Shown here piece after piece: positions 28,057 to 35,495 of a stretch of DNA of 64,000 nt (positions are counted from its first letter, which is position 1; each line of letters opens with the position of its first letter). Source of the DNA: a virus; IMG/VR virus record IMGVR_UViG_3300042013_000061, positions 64,001 through 128,000 of that record; one strand, given 5' to 3'. The notes beneath the pieces are model-generated. The model ran no database searches. It saw only the letters and a program-made list of their open reading frames with translations, and was not told the DNA's origin. Made by a program: the position numbers and the translations under genes.

Positions 28057-29427
28057 TTAACCGAAAGCTGGTTTTTTGTTACCGGACTTCTTCGGAACAG
28101 CGCCACCTTTCGGTTTAGCGGCTGCTTTCGGAGCGGCCTTTGGTGCGGCTTTAGCGGCGGCTTTCGGCGCTGCTTTTGCTGCTTTTTTCGGAGCGGCTTT
28201 TGCTGGTGCAGCTTCAGCTTTTGGCTTGGCTGGACGACCACGTTTTTTCGGAGCGACTGCCGGAGCGGCTGCTTCTTTTACTTTGGCTGGGCGACCACGC
28301 TTTTTAGCTGGTGCGGCGGCTGGCGCTGCTTCAGCTTTTGGCTTGGCCGGACGACCGCGTTTCTTTGCCGGTGCTGCTGGTGCTGCTTCGGCTTTTGGTT
28401 TTGCAGGACGACCGCGTTTTTTCGCTGGAGCGGCTGGAGCAGCAGCTTCAGTTTTTACTTTCGCAGGACGACCGCGTTTTTTCGGTGCAGCGGCTGGAGC
28501 GGCGGCAACTTCAGTTTTCACTTTAGCTGGACGGCCACGCTTTTTGGCTGGAGCGGCTGGAGCAGCAGCTTCAGTTTTTGGCTTGGCAGGACGACCGCGT
28601 TTTTTCGCTACTGGAGCCGGTGCAGCATCAGCTTTTGGCTTGGCTGGACGGCCACGCTTTTTGGCTGGTGCAGCTTCAGCAGCCGGAGCGGCAGCAGGTG
28701 CTTTACGCGCTTTTTTCACAGCACCGCCGGTTTTGCCGAAGTGCTTAGTGGAAATAGCTGCGGTTTCTTTTTGTGCAGCAACTTTGCGAGCAGCAACCTT
28801 TTTAGGGTCGATGGTTTGCAGACGCTTGCCTTTCTTGGAGATTGGCTTGGCGCTGAAGTTACCGATGAAATCCTTCAGGCGGAAAACGCCGCGCTTTGCA
28901 GACTGCGCTTTGATTTTGCCGATGGTTTTCTGGTGAGTTTTCACCGCTTTCATACGCTCGCCAGCGAGTTGTTTACGCTCGGAAGCGTAACGCTGTTTCT
29001 CAGCGGCGCGCATTTTCATACGAACGGCAGGAGCGACTTTTGCAGTGCGGATTTTTTGCAGTGCTTTTTTGTGAGCACCGGAAACGGCTTGAGCCTTCGA
29101 TTTCAGTTGACCACGGATGGACTTCTGAGCGGTGACGGCTTGACGTTTCTGTTCCGAAGCGTGCTTACCAGCGTGGCGAAGTTTGCGGTTGGCTTTGTAG
29201 GCACGAACGGCTTTTTTCGCTTCAGCTTCGGTAGCACCGTGACGCATGGCACGCAGAAAAACCGAGTTTTCCAGATGCGCCAGTTTTTCCTGATGCGTCA
29301 TGGTTTTGTAACGGTTTTTTGCAACCTTGTTCAGCTTCGATTTGTTTTTGTTGCGGTATTGTTTAGCCTTTTTGGCAGCAGCGCGTGCCTCGGGGCTTTT
29401 GTCCTTACGGACGACTTTCGTGACCAT
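28057..29427 (-). CDS. Histone H1/AlgP-like basic DNA-binding protein with 8 AT-hook (KKRGRPAK) repeats
   Basis: Very K/A/R/P-rich; eight KKRGRPAK units separated by AAPAAP linkers; KAAPKAA tail; monocistronic with its own TAATTTA motif and terminator. Confidence 0.88.
   Translation of the reverse strand: MVTKVVRKDKSPEARAAAKKAKQYRNKNKSKLNKVAKNRYKTMTHQEKLAHLENSVFLRAMRHGATEAEAKKAVRAYKANRKLRHAGKHASEQKRQAVTAQKSIRGQLKSKAQAVSGAHKKALQKIRTAKVAPAVRMKMRAAEKQRYASERKQLAGERMKAVKTHQKTIGKIKAQSAKRGVFRLKDFIGNFSAKPISKKGKRLQTIDPKKVAARKVAAQKETAAISTKHFGKTGGAVKKARKAPAAAPAAEAAPAKKRGRPAKPKADAAPAPVAKKRGRPAKPKTEAAAPAAPAKKRGRPAKVKTEVAAAPAAAPKKRGRPAKVKTEAAAPAAPAKKRGRPAKPKAEAAPAAPAKKRGRPAKPKAEAAPAAAPAKKRGRPAKVKEAAAPAVAPKKRGRPAKPKAEAAPAKAAPKKAAKAAPKAAAKAAPKAAPKAAAKPKGGAVPKKSGNKKPAFG
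28210..28680 (-). repeat. Imperfect ~57-66-bp coding tandem repeat (AT-hook array)
   Basis: Repeated ggacgaccgcgtttttt / ggacggccacgcttttt units on the + strand. Confidence 0.85.
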
Positions 29428-29498
29428 CGGAGCATCCTCGATTATAGGGTTTTGGCAGTTGGCCTACAATCGTAGCGCCACGATGTACCAACTAATAA

Positions 29499-29505
29499 TA
29501 AATTA
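29499..29505 (-). promoter_or_regulatory. Putative late promoter motif TAATTTA
   Basis: acTAATTTAtta about 72 nt upstream of the AT-hook gene. Confidence 0.55.
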
Positions 29506-29522
29506 GTATTATCGTGAATTAA

Positions 29523-30572
29523 TTAACTGGCCGAAATCCCCAGCCGGGCACAAGCCTTTTTAACTTCTTTTCGACCGGCTTTAATCAACTCTTTATCAAA
29601 GCCTTCTGCCACCATGAACTCTTTTAAACCAAACATTGGATCAATATCAATGTTTTCCACTTTAATTGAATCATCTTCAGAAACATTCGATTTTTTCGCA
29701 CCAGCCTTATGAATGCCCCCGGTAATGTTCGGGTATTGAATCATTAGGTCTGCTGGAATAGGAACATCTTCAGCCACGTGCAGCTTATAACGAACGTTAT
29801 CCGAGTACGTCAGCTTCTTGTAATCATTCAGATCATTAATCTCTACGTTCTGCAACGTAAAGTTTGGTTTGTTTTCAACGAACTTGTGTTGGAACGCAAC
29901 GCGGTTTCCTTCCATGCTGGCTTTAAAATGAATAAAGCCTTTTGGCAATGCTTCGCCAAAGTTTTTCTGGAATGGATTACCGCAATAAACGGCCCGCTTT
30001 GTTTTCATGAATTGGTATTGGTGAATATGCCCGGAAATAGTGAAATCGTTTTTGTGGGTTTCCAATTCATGTTTGGTTTTTAACGAACGACCGTTATCAC
30101 CAATAGCGCCGCTGTATTCAACGTGCGCAAAGTTCAATGCACCCTGTTTAGTGGACAGGGTTTTCAAGCATGGGTACGGCAGGAAATTCACCGGTACGTT
30201 TTCGATTACAACGCGTTCCGGTTTCAGGACGATTTTCAGACGCTTAAACGCTTTCGACGTTGCCAGCTTGTGCATGAAATTCATCGACGTATTTTCGATA
30301 TCACCGAAATCATGGTTGCCCATGATGTAATACGTGTAAAGGTTTTCATCGTGTCGCAGAAACAAATCGTACAGCTTGCCGTATGTATCCCAATCGAGGT
30401 CTGGTGTATCAGACAAATCGCCCGGAATAAATACGTGTTTAATACCGTTGCTATACGCGTACTGGTAAATCTTTTCCATTTCCGCCAAGATGCGATCATT
30501 TGCATCGGGGAAATGCTTGTTCAATCCGTCAAGGTGAACGTCAGAAAATGCAATGCCTTCAAGATCAGCCAC
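29523..30572 (-). CDS. sbcD: SbcD/Mre11 (gp47-like) metallophosphoesterase nuclease
   Basis: SDVHL, PGDLSD, MGNHD, FAH, SGHIH, YCGNPFQKNFGE...KGF. Confidence 0.92.
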   Translation of the reverse strand: MADLEGIAFSDVHLDGLNKHFPDANDRILAEMEKIYQYAYSNGIKHVFIPGDLSDTPDLDWDTYGKLYDLFLRHDENLYTYYIMGNHDFGDIENTSMNFMHKLATSKAFKRLKIVLKPERVVIENVPVNFLPYPCLKTLSTKQGALNFAHVEYSGAIGDNGRSLKTKHELETHKNDFTISGHIHQYQFMKTKRAVYCGNPFQKNFGEALPKGFIHFKASMEGNRVAFQHKFVENKPNFTLQNVEINDLNDYKKLTYSDNVRYKLHVAEDVPIPADLMIQYPNITGGIHKAGAKKSNVSEDDSIKVENIDIDPMFGLKEFMVAEGFDKELIKAGRKEVKKACARLGISAS

Positions 30573-31008
30573 GTTTTACTTCCACTGTGAATTGAATGTA
30601 TTTCAGGGGGCGCGAAGGTTGGAACGAATACGGCATAACCAACATACCGATCAGACCCCGACCACGCTTTTTCGCCGTGCGTTTGTTACGCAGGAATAAG
30701 TGCGTAATCCGTTCACCGTCAGCCGTGTTCCCGCCGACCAGAACGCCACGGCGATTTCCCCGTTTTTCATCATTTACAGTAAACGATTCGACGATACCTT
30801 CACCCGGCCCGCCGACAGTGAAGTCATTAATGCCACGCCGATCTATTAAATCGTCAAAGAATTTCTTGATAATTGGTTTTGCGTCTGCGGTTTCCATACC
30901 AATTGTGTGTGACAGTTGATCGCTGATATGCTGCACCATTCTGCGCACGTTGATATCGTCGATAGAGCTACGCGCTGGTATGTCGTCGAGGCCAGTGTGG
31001 TCAGTCAT
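30565..31008 (-). CDS. Stand-alone tail-sheath C-terminal-domain-like protein
   Basis: SSIDDINVRRMVQHI...FFDDLIDRRGINDFTV...FQPSRPLKYIQFTV matches sheath C-terminal consensus (INVRRL...FL..L...RGI.DF.V...P.R..EFI). Confidence 0.65.
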   Translation of the reverse strand: MTDHTGLDDIPARSSIDDINVRRMVQHISDQLSHTIGMETADAKPIIKKFFDDLIDRRGINDFTVGGPGEGIVESFTVNDEKRGNRRGVLVGGNTADGERITHLFLRNKRTAKKRGRGLIGMLVMPYSFQPSRPLKYIQFTVEVKRG

Positions 31009-31282
31009 TTTTATATTCTCGTGTGCGCAGGCAGGAACCGAAATACAGGATGTTTTTATCGAACAGGTTATTCACGAATGCCAGCCGGTCTTCGTCAAGA
31101 TCGAATCGCGCTGCAATTTCTGAGAGCTTATCGTTTGTCTTGATGTGGTAGATTCCGAAGTTTTCGACTAAGTGGCGTTCGTACTTGATTTCCGAGGCTG
31201 CGCGTTCCGGGTCACTCCACTGGATACGCTTCTCGAAAATTGCACGATCTTTTTCGTGTACATCGAATTCGTCGGCTGGCAT
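31001..31282 (-). CDS. LysM domain protein
   Basis: YHIKTNDKLSEIAARFDLDEDRLAFVNNL..KNILYFGSCL. Confidence 0.75.
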   Translation of the reverse strand: MPADEFDVHEKDRAIFEKRIQWSDPERAASEIKYERHLVENFGIYHIKTNDKLSEIAARFDLDEDRLAFVNNLFDKNILYFGSCLRTREYKND

Positions 31283-31287
31283 TTAAA

Positions 31288-31626
31288 TCACCGTAGTTTG
31301 ATTACTTGGCCCGGAAAGATCAGATGCGGATTTTCCAGATTGTTCAACTGTGCGAGAGTGCGCCACGAATGGCCGGTGCCTTCACCAATGTGCGAAAGCG
31401 TATCGCCTTCTTGCACAATGTACATGCCGTACTCTTTCGACACTTGATAACGCAGTTTTTTCTTCAGCGCTTTCAGTTCGTCGCCGGTGATTTCGTGGAT
31501 TTCCAAACCATGCACGGTCTGGCGTGCGACAGAATCTTTAATCGGAATGTTAGACGCGCTCACTGTGAGGTTGCCGTCAGTCTGAACATGCACATTGCCA
31601 GCGGAAATATCTACTTTGGTATTCAT
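31288..31626 (-). CDS. LysM domain protein
   Basis: YIVQEGDTLSHIG...GHSWRTLAQLNNLENPHLIFPGQVIKL (canonical LysM). Confidence 0.9.
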   Translation of the reverse strand: MNTKVDISAGNVHVQTDGNLTVSASNIPIKDSVARQTVHGLEIHEITGDELKALKKKLRYQVSKEYGMYIVQEGDTLSHIGEGTGHSWRTLAQLNNLENPHLIFPGQVIKLR

Positions 31627-31988
31627 GAGATTGGCGGCGCCTCGTCGATTTTCAGTTCTTCGGGAGTTTTAAGATTGCGTGCTGCAAACATGGATGCGCG
31701 CAGACGATTCAAACCTTCGACCGTCAATTGATCTTGCGCGTAATTCTCTTCCGCGTGGAACGGATGATCGACGTGGCCGATGGTGCCAACATTCGGAAAT
31801 TTCTTACCGAATTTTTGCAGCTTGGCTTCTTCGTCGAGGTTACGCACATGCTGATTGAACTGGCGCAGCATCTGATCGTAAGCGGCGCGCTGGTAAACAT
31901 ACGCATTTTGAAACGCAAAGTTTCCGATGTTTGCTTGCTGAATGCAGTAAGCCAGAAACTTTACGGGAGGGCGAATTGGAATTGCCAT
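31623..31988 (-). CDS. Small protein carrying the EF-Tu N-terminal motif [10 protein letters not shown]
   Basis: [19 protein letters not shown]; no GKT and no further G-domain motifs; AAGGA SD. Confidence 0.7.
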   Translation of the reverse strand: [121 protein letters not shown]

Positions 31989-32000
31989 GACGGTTCCTTG

Positions 32001-32483
32001 TTAAAACGAATGTGTGAAATTCAGTGTGTAACGTTTGCCGTGAACGCGGGCGAGGCGCTGACTGCGGAATTCGATTTCGACGTTCGCAATCCCTGTGTGA
32101 TAAATCAGGGTAGCGCCGCGCCTGTGGGAGCGAACCGAAAAACGTTTACGTTCGGGTTCTGGGTTATTCACCCGGTCGTACCATTCTTTCATCCACTTAT
32201 GCGCAGCGTTCGACTGTTCGAAATAGCTGTGCGACGAAACCGTTTTCGATGGTTTGCGTTCGTGGAAAGGCAAACCGTTTTCATTCGCCGTCAAGGTGAT
32301 ATGAGTTGCAGGCGATGGAAATGCGCCGGGGTGGCGGGCGCTGACTTCGAACGCAGGCATACCGCCAATTTCAATCGTCCACTGATTTTTCGTTTCTTTC
32401 GGGAAGACGTGAGCGACATGCAACGGCCCGCTATGGTTCGCTAAAACGTCCATCAAATTCGCTGGTGAATTTTGCTCTACCAT
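32001..32483 (-). CDS. Hypothetical protein
   Basis: 160-aa ORF in operon. Confidence 0.6.
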   Translation of the reverse strand: MVEQNSPANLMDVLANHSGPLHVAHVFPKETKNQWTIEIGGMPAFEVSARHPGAFPSPATHITLTANENGLPFHERKPSKTVSSHSYFEQSNAAHKWMKEWYDRVNNPEPERKRFSVRSHRRGATLIYHTGIANVEIEFRSQRLARVHGKRYTLNFTHSF

Positions 32484-32956
32484 CCCCGTCTCCCGATTCC
32501 GTAGCGTTTCATATCCACGCGGGCTTCACGCGCAGAGCGATATTCATACCAGTACGTCGAAACTTCTTTGGCGTCTGGAGCGGGGTTGCGTTCCCAAACA
32601 TAAATCATAACTTTGCCGCGCTTATGCACGAGCGAATAAATGTGTTTTGTTTGGTATTTGTAATTCGGCACGAAAACGTCGGTGATGATTGTAACGTCTT
32701 GTATGTACCCGATACTCCCGGTCAGCGCCAGTTCACCGTCAACAGGTACAGGTTCAACAGTCACACAGCCATCGGTTTCGTTGCATACTTCGCATTTACG
32801 CGCAGGCAAACCCCACGGATAAGATTTCGGCATTGTGTAAAAGCCATCACCGCGTTTCATGCGTGGCAATTCACGAGGCTTGTTCGCCAGTTCCGCCCAC
32901 TTCGCCAGAAGTTCGGGCGAGGGCATAAATGGGTCAGCAATATTCCAGCCGTTCAT
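32477..32956 (-). CDS. Hypothetical protein with CxxC
   Basis: ATG 32956 (ATGA overlap, GAGG SD). Confidence 0.6.
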   Translation of the reverse strand: MNGWNIADPFMPSPELLAKWAELANKPRELPRMKRGDGFYTMPKSYPWGLPARKCEVCNETDGCVTVEPVPVDGELALTGSIGYIQDVTIITDVFVPNYKYQTKHIYSLVHKRGKVMIYVWERNPAPDAKEVSTYWYEYRSAREARVDMKRYGIGRRGW

Positions 32957-33285
32957 ACCGATTCCTCTACGCGGGGTTTCCACATTTTGGCAAACTTCAA
33001 AACGTTCGGAACGTTATTACAGTCTACCGGCATCACAACCAGACAGGACGACTCGCCGTCACAGATTGTTTTCTCGTGGCCTTCGTGACAATCGAGAGTT
33101 TCACGAATTTTATCAAACTCACGCCAGTTAACACGCAGCACAACTTTACGAAAAGAATTGTGCAGCCAATCAATGTACGTGCCTTTGTCTTGGAACTTCA
33201 AATGCGCCGAAAGCATTGAATGTGCAACCAACGTCGGCACCATGTAATCGGGAGCGTCGTCGCGTACAGCAATATACAATTTCAT
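32953..33285 (-). CDS. Peptidyl-tRNA hydrolase type 2 (Pth2)-like protein
   Basis: MKLYIAVRDD......LVAH......W....FRKVVLRV matches Pth2 'K..IVVR.DL....GK..AQ..HA ... W...GQ.K.VL.V'. Confidence 0.7.
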   Translation of the reverse strand: MKLYIAVRDDAPDYMVPTLVAHSMLSAHLKFQDKGTYIDWLHNSFRKVVLRVNWREFDKIRETLDCHEGHEKTICDGESSCLVVMPVDCNNVPNVLKFAKMWKPRVEESV

Positions 33286-33596
33286 GTTTTCGCCCTTCGC
33301 TTTTTGATCCAGACCTTCGCGGTACGCAGGCTACGGAATTTCAGAACGCTACCCTTTGGCAGCAACAGGAAAACAACCGCGCCCCACTTCGACGAATAAA
33401 CAGACGCGTAATCCCACGCAAGTTTTTTCCATTCGTCTTGTGGAACCTGCATCGCATCAATGCGAGCGACAGCACGGCGGTTGCGACGGTATTCAGTTTC
33501 GAGTTTTGCTTGTGGCAGACGTGTTTGGTACAACTTCAAAAGTGTCATGCCATCATCGCGAACCATGTTGCGCAAATCCCAATTCTGAGTCGTCAT
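33282..33596 (-). CDS. Hypothetical protein (paralog motif KFRSLRTAKVW)
   Basis: ATG 33596 overlaps the upstream stop. Confidence 0.6.
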   Translation of the reverse strand: MTTQNWDLRNMVRDDGMTLLKLYQTRLPQAKLETEYRRNRRAVARIDAMQVPQDEWKKLAWDYASVYSSKWGAVVFLLLPKGSVLKFRSLRTAKVWIKKRRAKT

Positions 33597-33991
33597 TTTA
33601 TAGATGCCCTGAATTCTTTCACCCACACTTTCGCGGTACGGCGCGAACGGAACTTTGTAACTTTCTTATGTGGATAAATCGTGTGAACATTCACGCCGCG
33701 ACGGTGCGAACTAACGATGGCTACGCGCTTGAGCGAATCCAACATTTGCTTTTGTTTCGCACGTGCGTATTCTTTGAAGCGTTCGGCGGCTGCGGTGAAA
33801 TCCGGGCTTGCATATGTGTCGCTTACGCTGCCATTTAAAAAATCTTCAGATATCCCCAGCATCGCCAATTTCTGGCGCATCAATTCGTCCGACATTATCG
33901 GGCTGTCCAACTTCCACTGTTCCGGTTCCGGTGGCTTCGTCAGAAAGAGGTCGTTTATGTCCACTTGCGTGTTCCTTTTCATGGCGAGCAA
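33593..33991 (-). CDS. Hypothetical protein (paralog motif KFRSRRTAKVW)
   Basis: Start uncertain (33982 or 33895). Confidence 0.6.
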   Translation of the reverse strand: MLAMKRNTQVDINDLFLTKPPEPEQWKLDSPIMSDELMRQKLAMLGISEDFLNGSVSDTYASPDFTAAAERFKEYARAKQKQMLDSLKRVAIVSSHRRGVNVHTIYPHKKVTKFRSRRTAKVWVKEFRASIK

Positions 33992-34217
33992 TTGCCTCTG
34001 TAATAAAATTCAGAGCGTAGCAATTTGCGCGCACGTACCAATAACCTTCGTAACCGTCGGAGAATACTACCAGAGCCGGGTACGATTTCGGATAGCCTTT
34101 GATATCTGGTTTACGTTCTTCGTTATTCCAGAATTCTTTAGCCGCTTGTTTGAAGCCAGCCTGTGTCCGCACAATGTACAGACACGGCGTAAGTTTTTCG
34201 CGATTGTCAGTAATCAT
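33846..34217 (-). CDS. Hypothetical protein
   Basis: ATGA overlap with the upstream gene; GYPKSYP motif. Confidence 0.6.
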   Translation of the reverse strand: MITDNREKLTPCLYIVRTQAGFKQAAKEFWNNEERKPDIKGYPKSYPALVVFSDGYEGYWYVRANCYALNFITEAIARHEKEHASGHKRPLSDEATGTGTVEVGQPDNVGRIDAPEIGDAGDI

Positions 34218-34969
34218 TTTTTCGCCTTCGGTTTTTTCATACCCTTGACGACCACGCCTTTGTTGATCGCACGAATGTAGCGCAATTCGTAAGCACTGAT
34301 TTTCAGTTGCTTTGCGATATCGTCTTCCTCACCTTCCATTTGCAACGCTTCACGATACAGGATCGCGGTCGGGCTGCTTAGCAAGTCATTCATTCGTTTT
34401 ACTTGCTTGTCAGTGAGTGGCACGGTTTGGCGTAGCTTCTCCACTCGTTTACAGTATTGACTGAAACTCTCTTTCGAAGCCATCCATTTGCACACCAGTT
34501 CCTTGATTGGCTTCTGGTGTGTCTCGCTCGGCGTGAGATAAACAAACGTCATAAACTGCATCAAGAATGTAGCTTGTTGCTTCGCGTGATCTTTCGCTTT
34601 TTTCACAACGTCGAAAGGCAACCGCACGATTGGCACGTCCGGGCATTTGTCGAGACGAATGCAAGGCGTCAACGCAAACCCGTCAATGTGAAAGAATTCT
34701 TCGGCGCGGTAATCGGCAGGCGTGAAACTGAATTGCGAAAGCGCAATCGGATCGTCGCACACGTAGGACTGTACTTTGCGTAGTTCCAGTCCTTCGCGGT
34801 TCCGCTGGAAAGAATGCACACTCATAAAAATGAAATGTGTGCGCTTGGTTTTGCGGTCGATGATTTCGTTATCACCAACGATATAAACGTCGGAACGTTC
34901 AATACCTTCGCCGCGTAGCTTGAGCAATACTTCGTCAGGTGCCTTATGGGCGAACGCAAAAACTTTCAT
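34214..34969 (-). CDS. Hypothetical protein with possible C-terminal HTH and basic tail
   Basis: 251 aa; EDDIAKQLKISAYELRYI; ends KGMKKPKAKK. Confidence 0.6.
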   Translation of the reverse strand: MKVFAFAHKAPDEVLLKLRGEGIERSDVYIVGDNEIIDRKTKRTHFIFMSVHSFQRNREGLELRKVQSYVCDDPIALSQFSFTPADYRAEEFFHIDGFALTPCIRLDKCPDVPIVRLPFDVVKKAKDHAKQQATFLMQFMTFVYLTPSETHQKPIKELVCKWMASKESFSQYCKRVEKLRQTVPLTDKQVKRMNDLLSSPTAILYREALQMEGEEDDIAKQLKISAYELRYIRAINKGVVVKGMKKPKAKK

Positions 34970-35125
34970 TTACTTATCCTTTGGACATTTGGCTTTGATT
35001 TCAGCCAGTTGTTCATTGCCGCGCAAACGCGAGACGGCGAGACGGGCTTCGATGTTGAAACGATTCTGCGCTCGGAAATAAGTGAAGTTGTTCAGGAATT
35101 TCGTATGACGCAATTCGACAGACAT
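34970..35125 (-). CDS. Small hypothetical protein
   Basis: MSVELRHTKF... 51 aa, fills the operon exactly. Confidence 0.5.
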   Translation of the reverse strand: MSVELRHTKFLNNFTYFRAQNRFNIEARLAVSRLRGNEQLAEIKAKCPKDK

Positions 35126-35127
35126 TT

Positions 35128-35295
35128 TTATTTCCCTGCAAGTGCGCCCGTGAAACAAGCGCCCTGCTCTTTGGCCTGCTGCATAATTGCAGAATGGGCC
35201 GCTCGGTTATCATCGGCGTAAGCCTGCACCCTTTCGAGTGCGGCTTCTACGTCAAACGTTTTCCTTTTAAGCTGTTTGTTTTTCAGTCGGGCCAT
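35128..35295 (-). CDS. Small hypothetical protein (not in ORF track)
   Basis: Manual translation MARLKNKQLKRKTFDVEAALERVQAYADDNRAAHSAIMQQAKEQGACFTGALAGK; fills the gap between neighbours. Confidence 0.55.
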   Translation of the reverse strand: MARLKNKQLKRKTFDVEAALERVQAYADDNRAAHSAIMQQAKEQGACFTGALAGK

Positions 35296-35495
35296 TGGCT
35301 AACTTTCTCGTGATGAACACGGGTTTCGTTAATCGAATTGGTCATGTCGTGAATGCTCGACAGCACTGCTTCGTCGCCCATCAATGCGCGGGGAATCAAA
35401 ACGTCAGAAGTGATTTCCACACCATCTACAAGAAGCAGCAGAGCATTAATCCGCCAGCCTTCTTTTTCTTCGTTGCATTTCCATTGAGTTTTCAT
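35283..35495 (-). CDS. Small hypothetical protein
   Basis: 70 aa, ATGA overlap with the sbcC stop. Confidence 0.55.
   Translation of the reverse strand: MKTQWKCNEEKEGWRINALLLLVDGVEITSDVLIPRALMGDEAVLSSIHDMTNSINETRVHHEKVSQWPD

Noticed and set aside
28210-28680. Regularly spaced repeats that could be taken for a CRISPR array
   Set aside because: Units vary at synonymous positions, spacers are similar to each other, and all are in frame within a protein.
28076-28936. 286-aa plus-strand ORF with AGRPRFF repeats
   Set aside because: Mirror translation of the AT-hook repeat gene.
31623-31988. A real or pseudogenised EF-Tu gene
   Set aside because: Similarity is limited to about 10-17 residues; no GKT, DxxG or NKxD in the translated ORF; the ORF is intact with its own SD.
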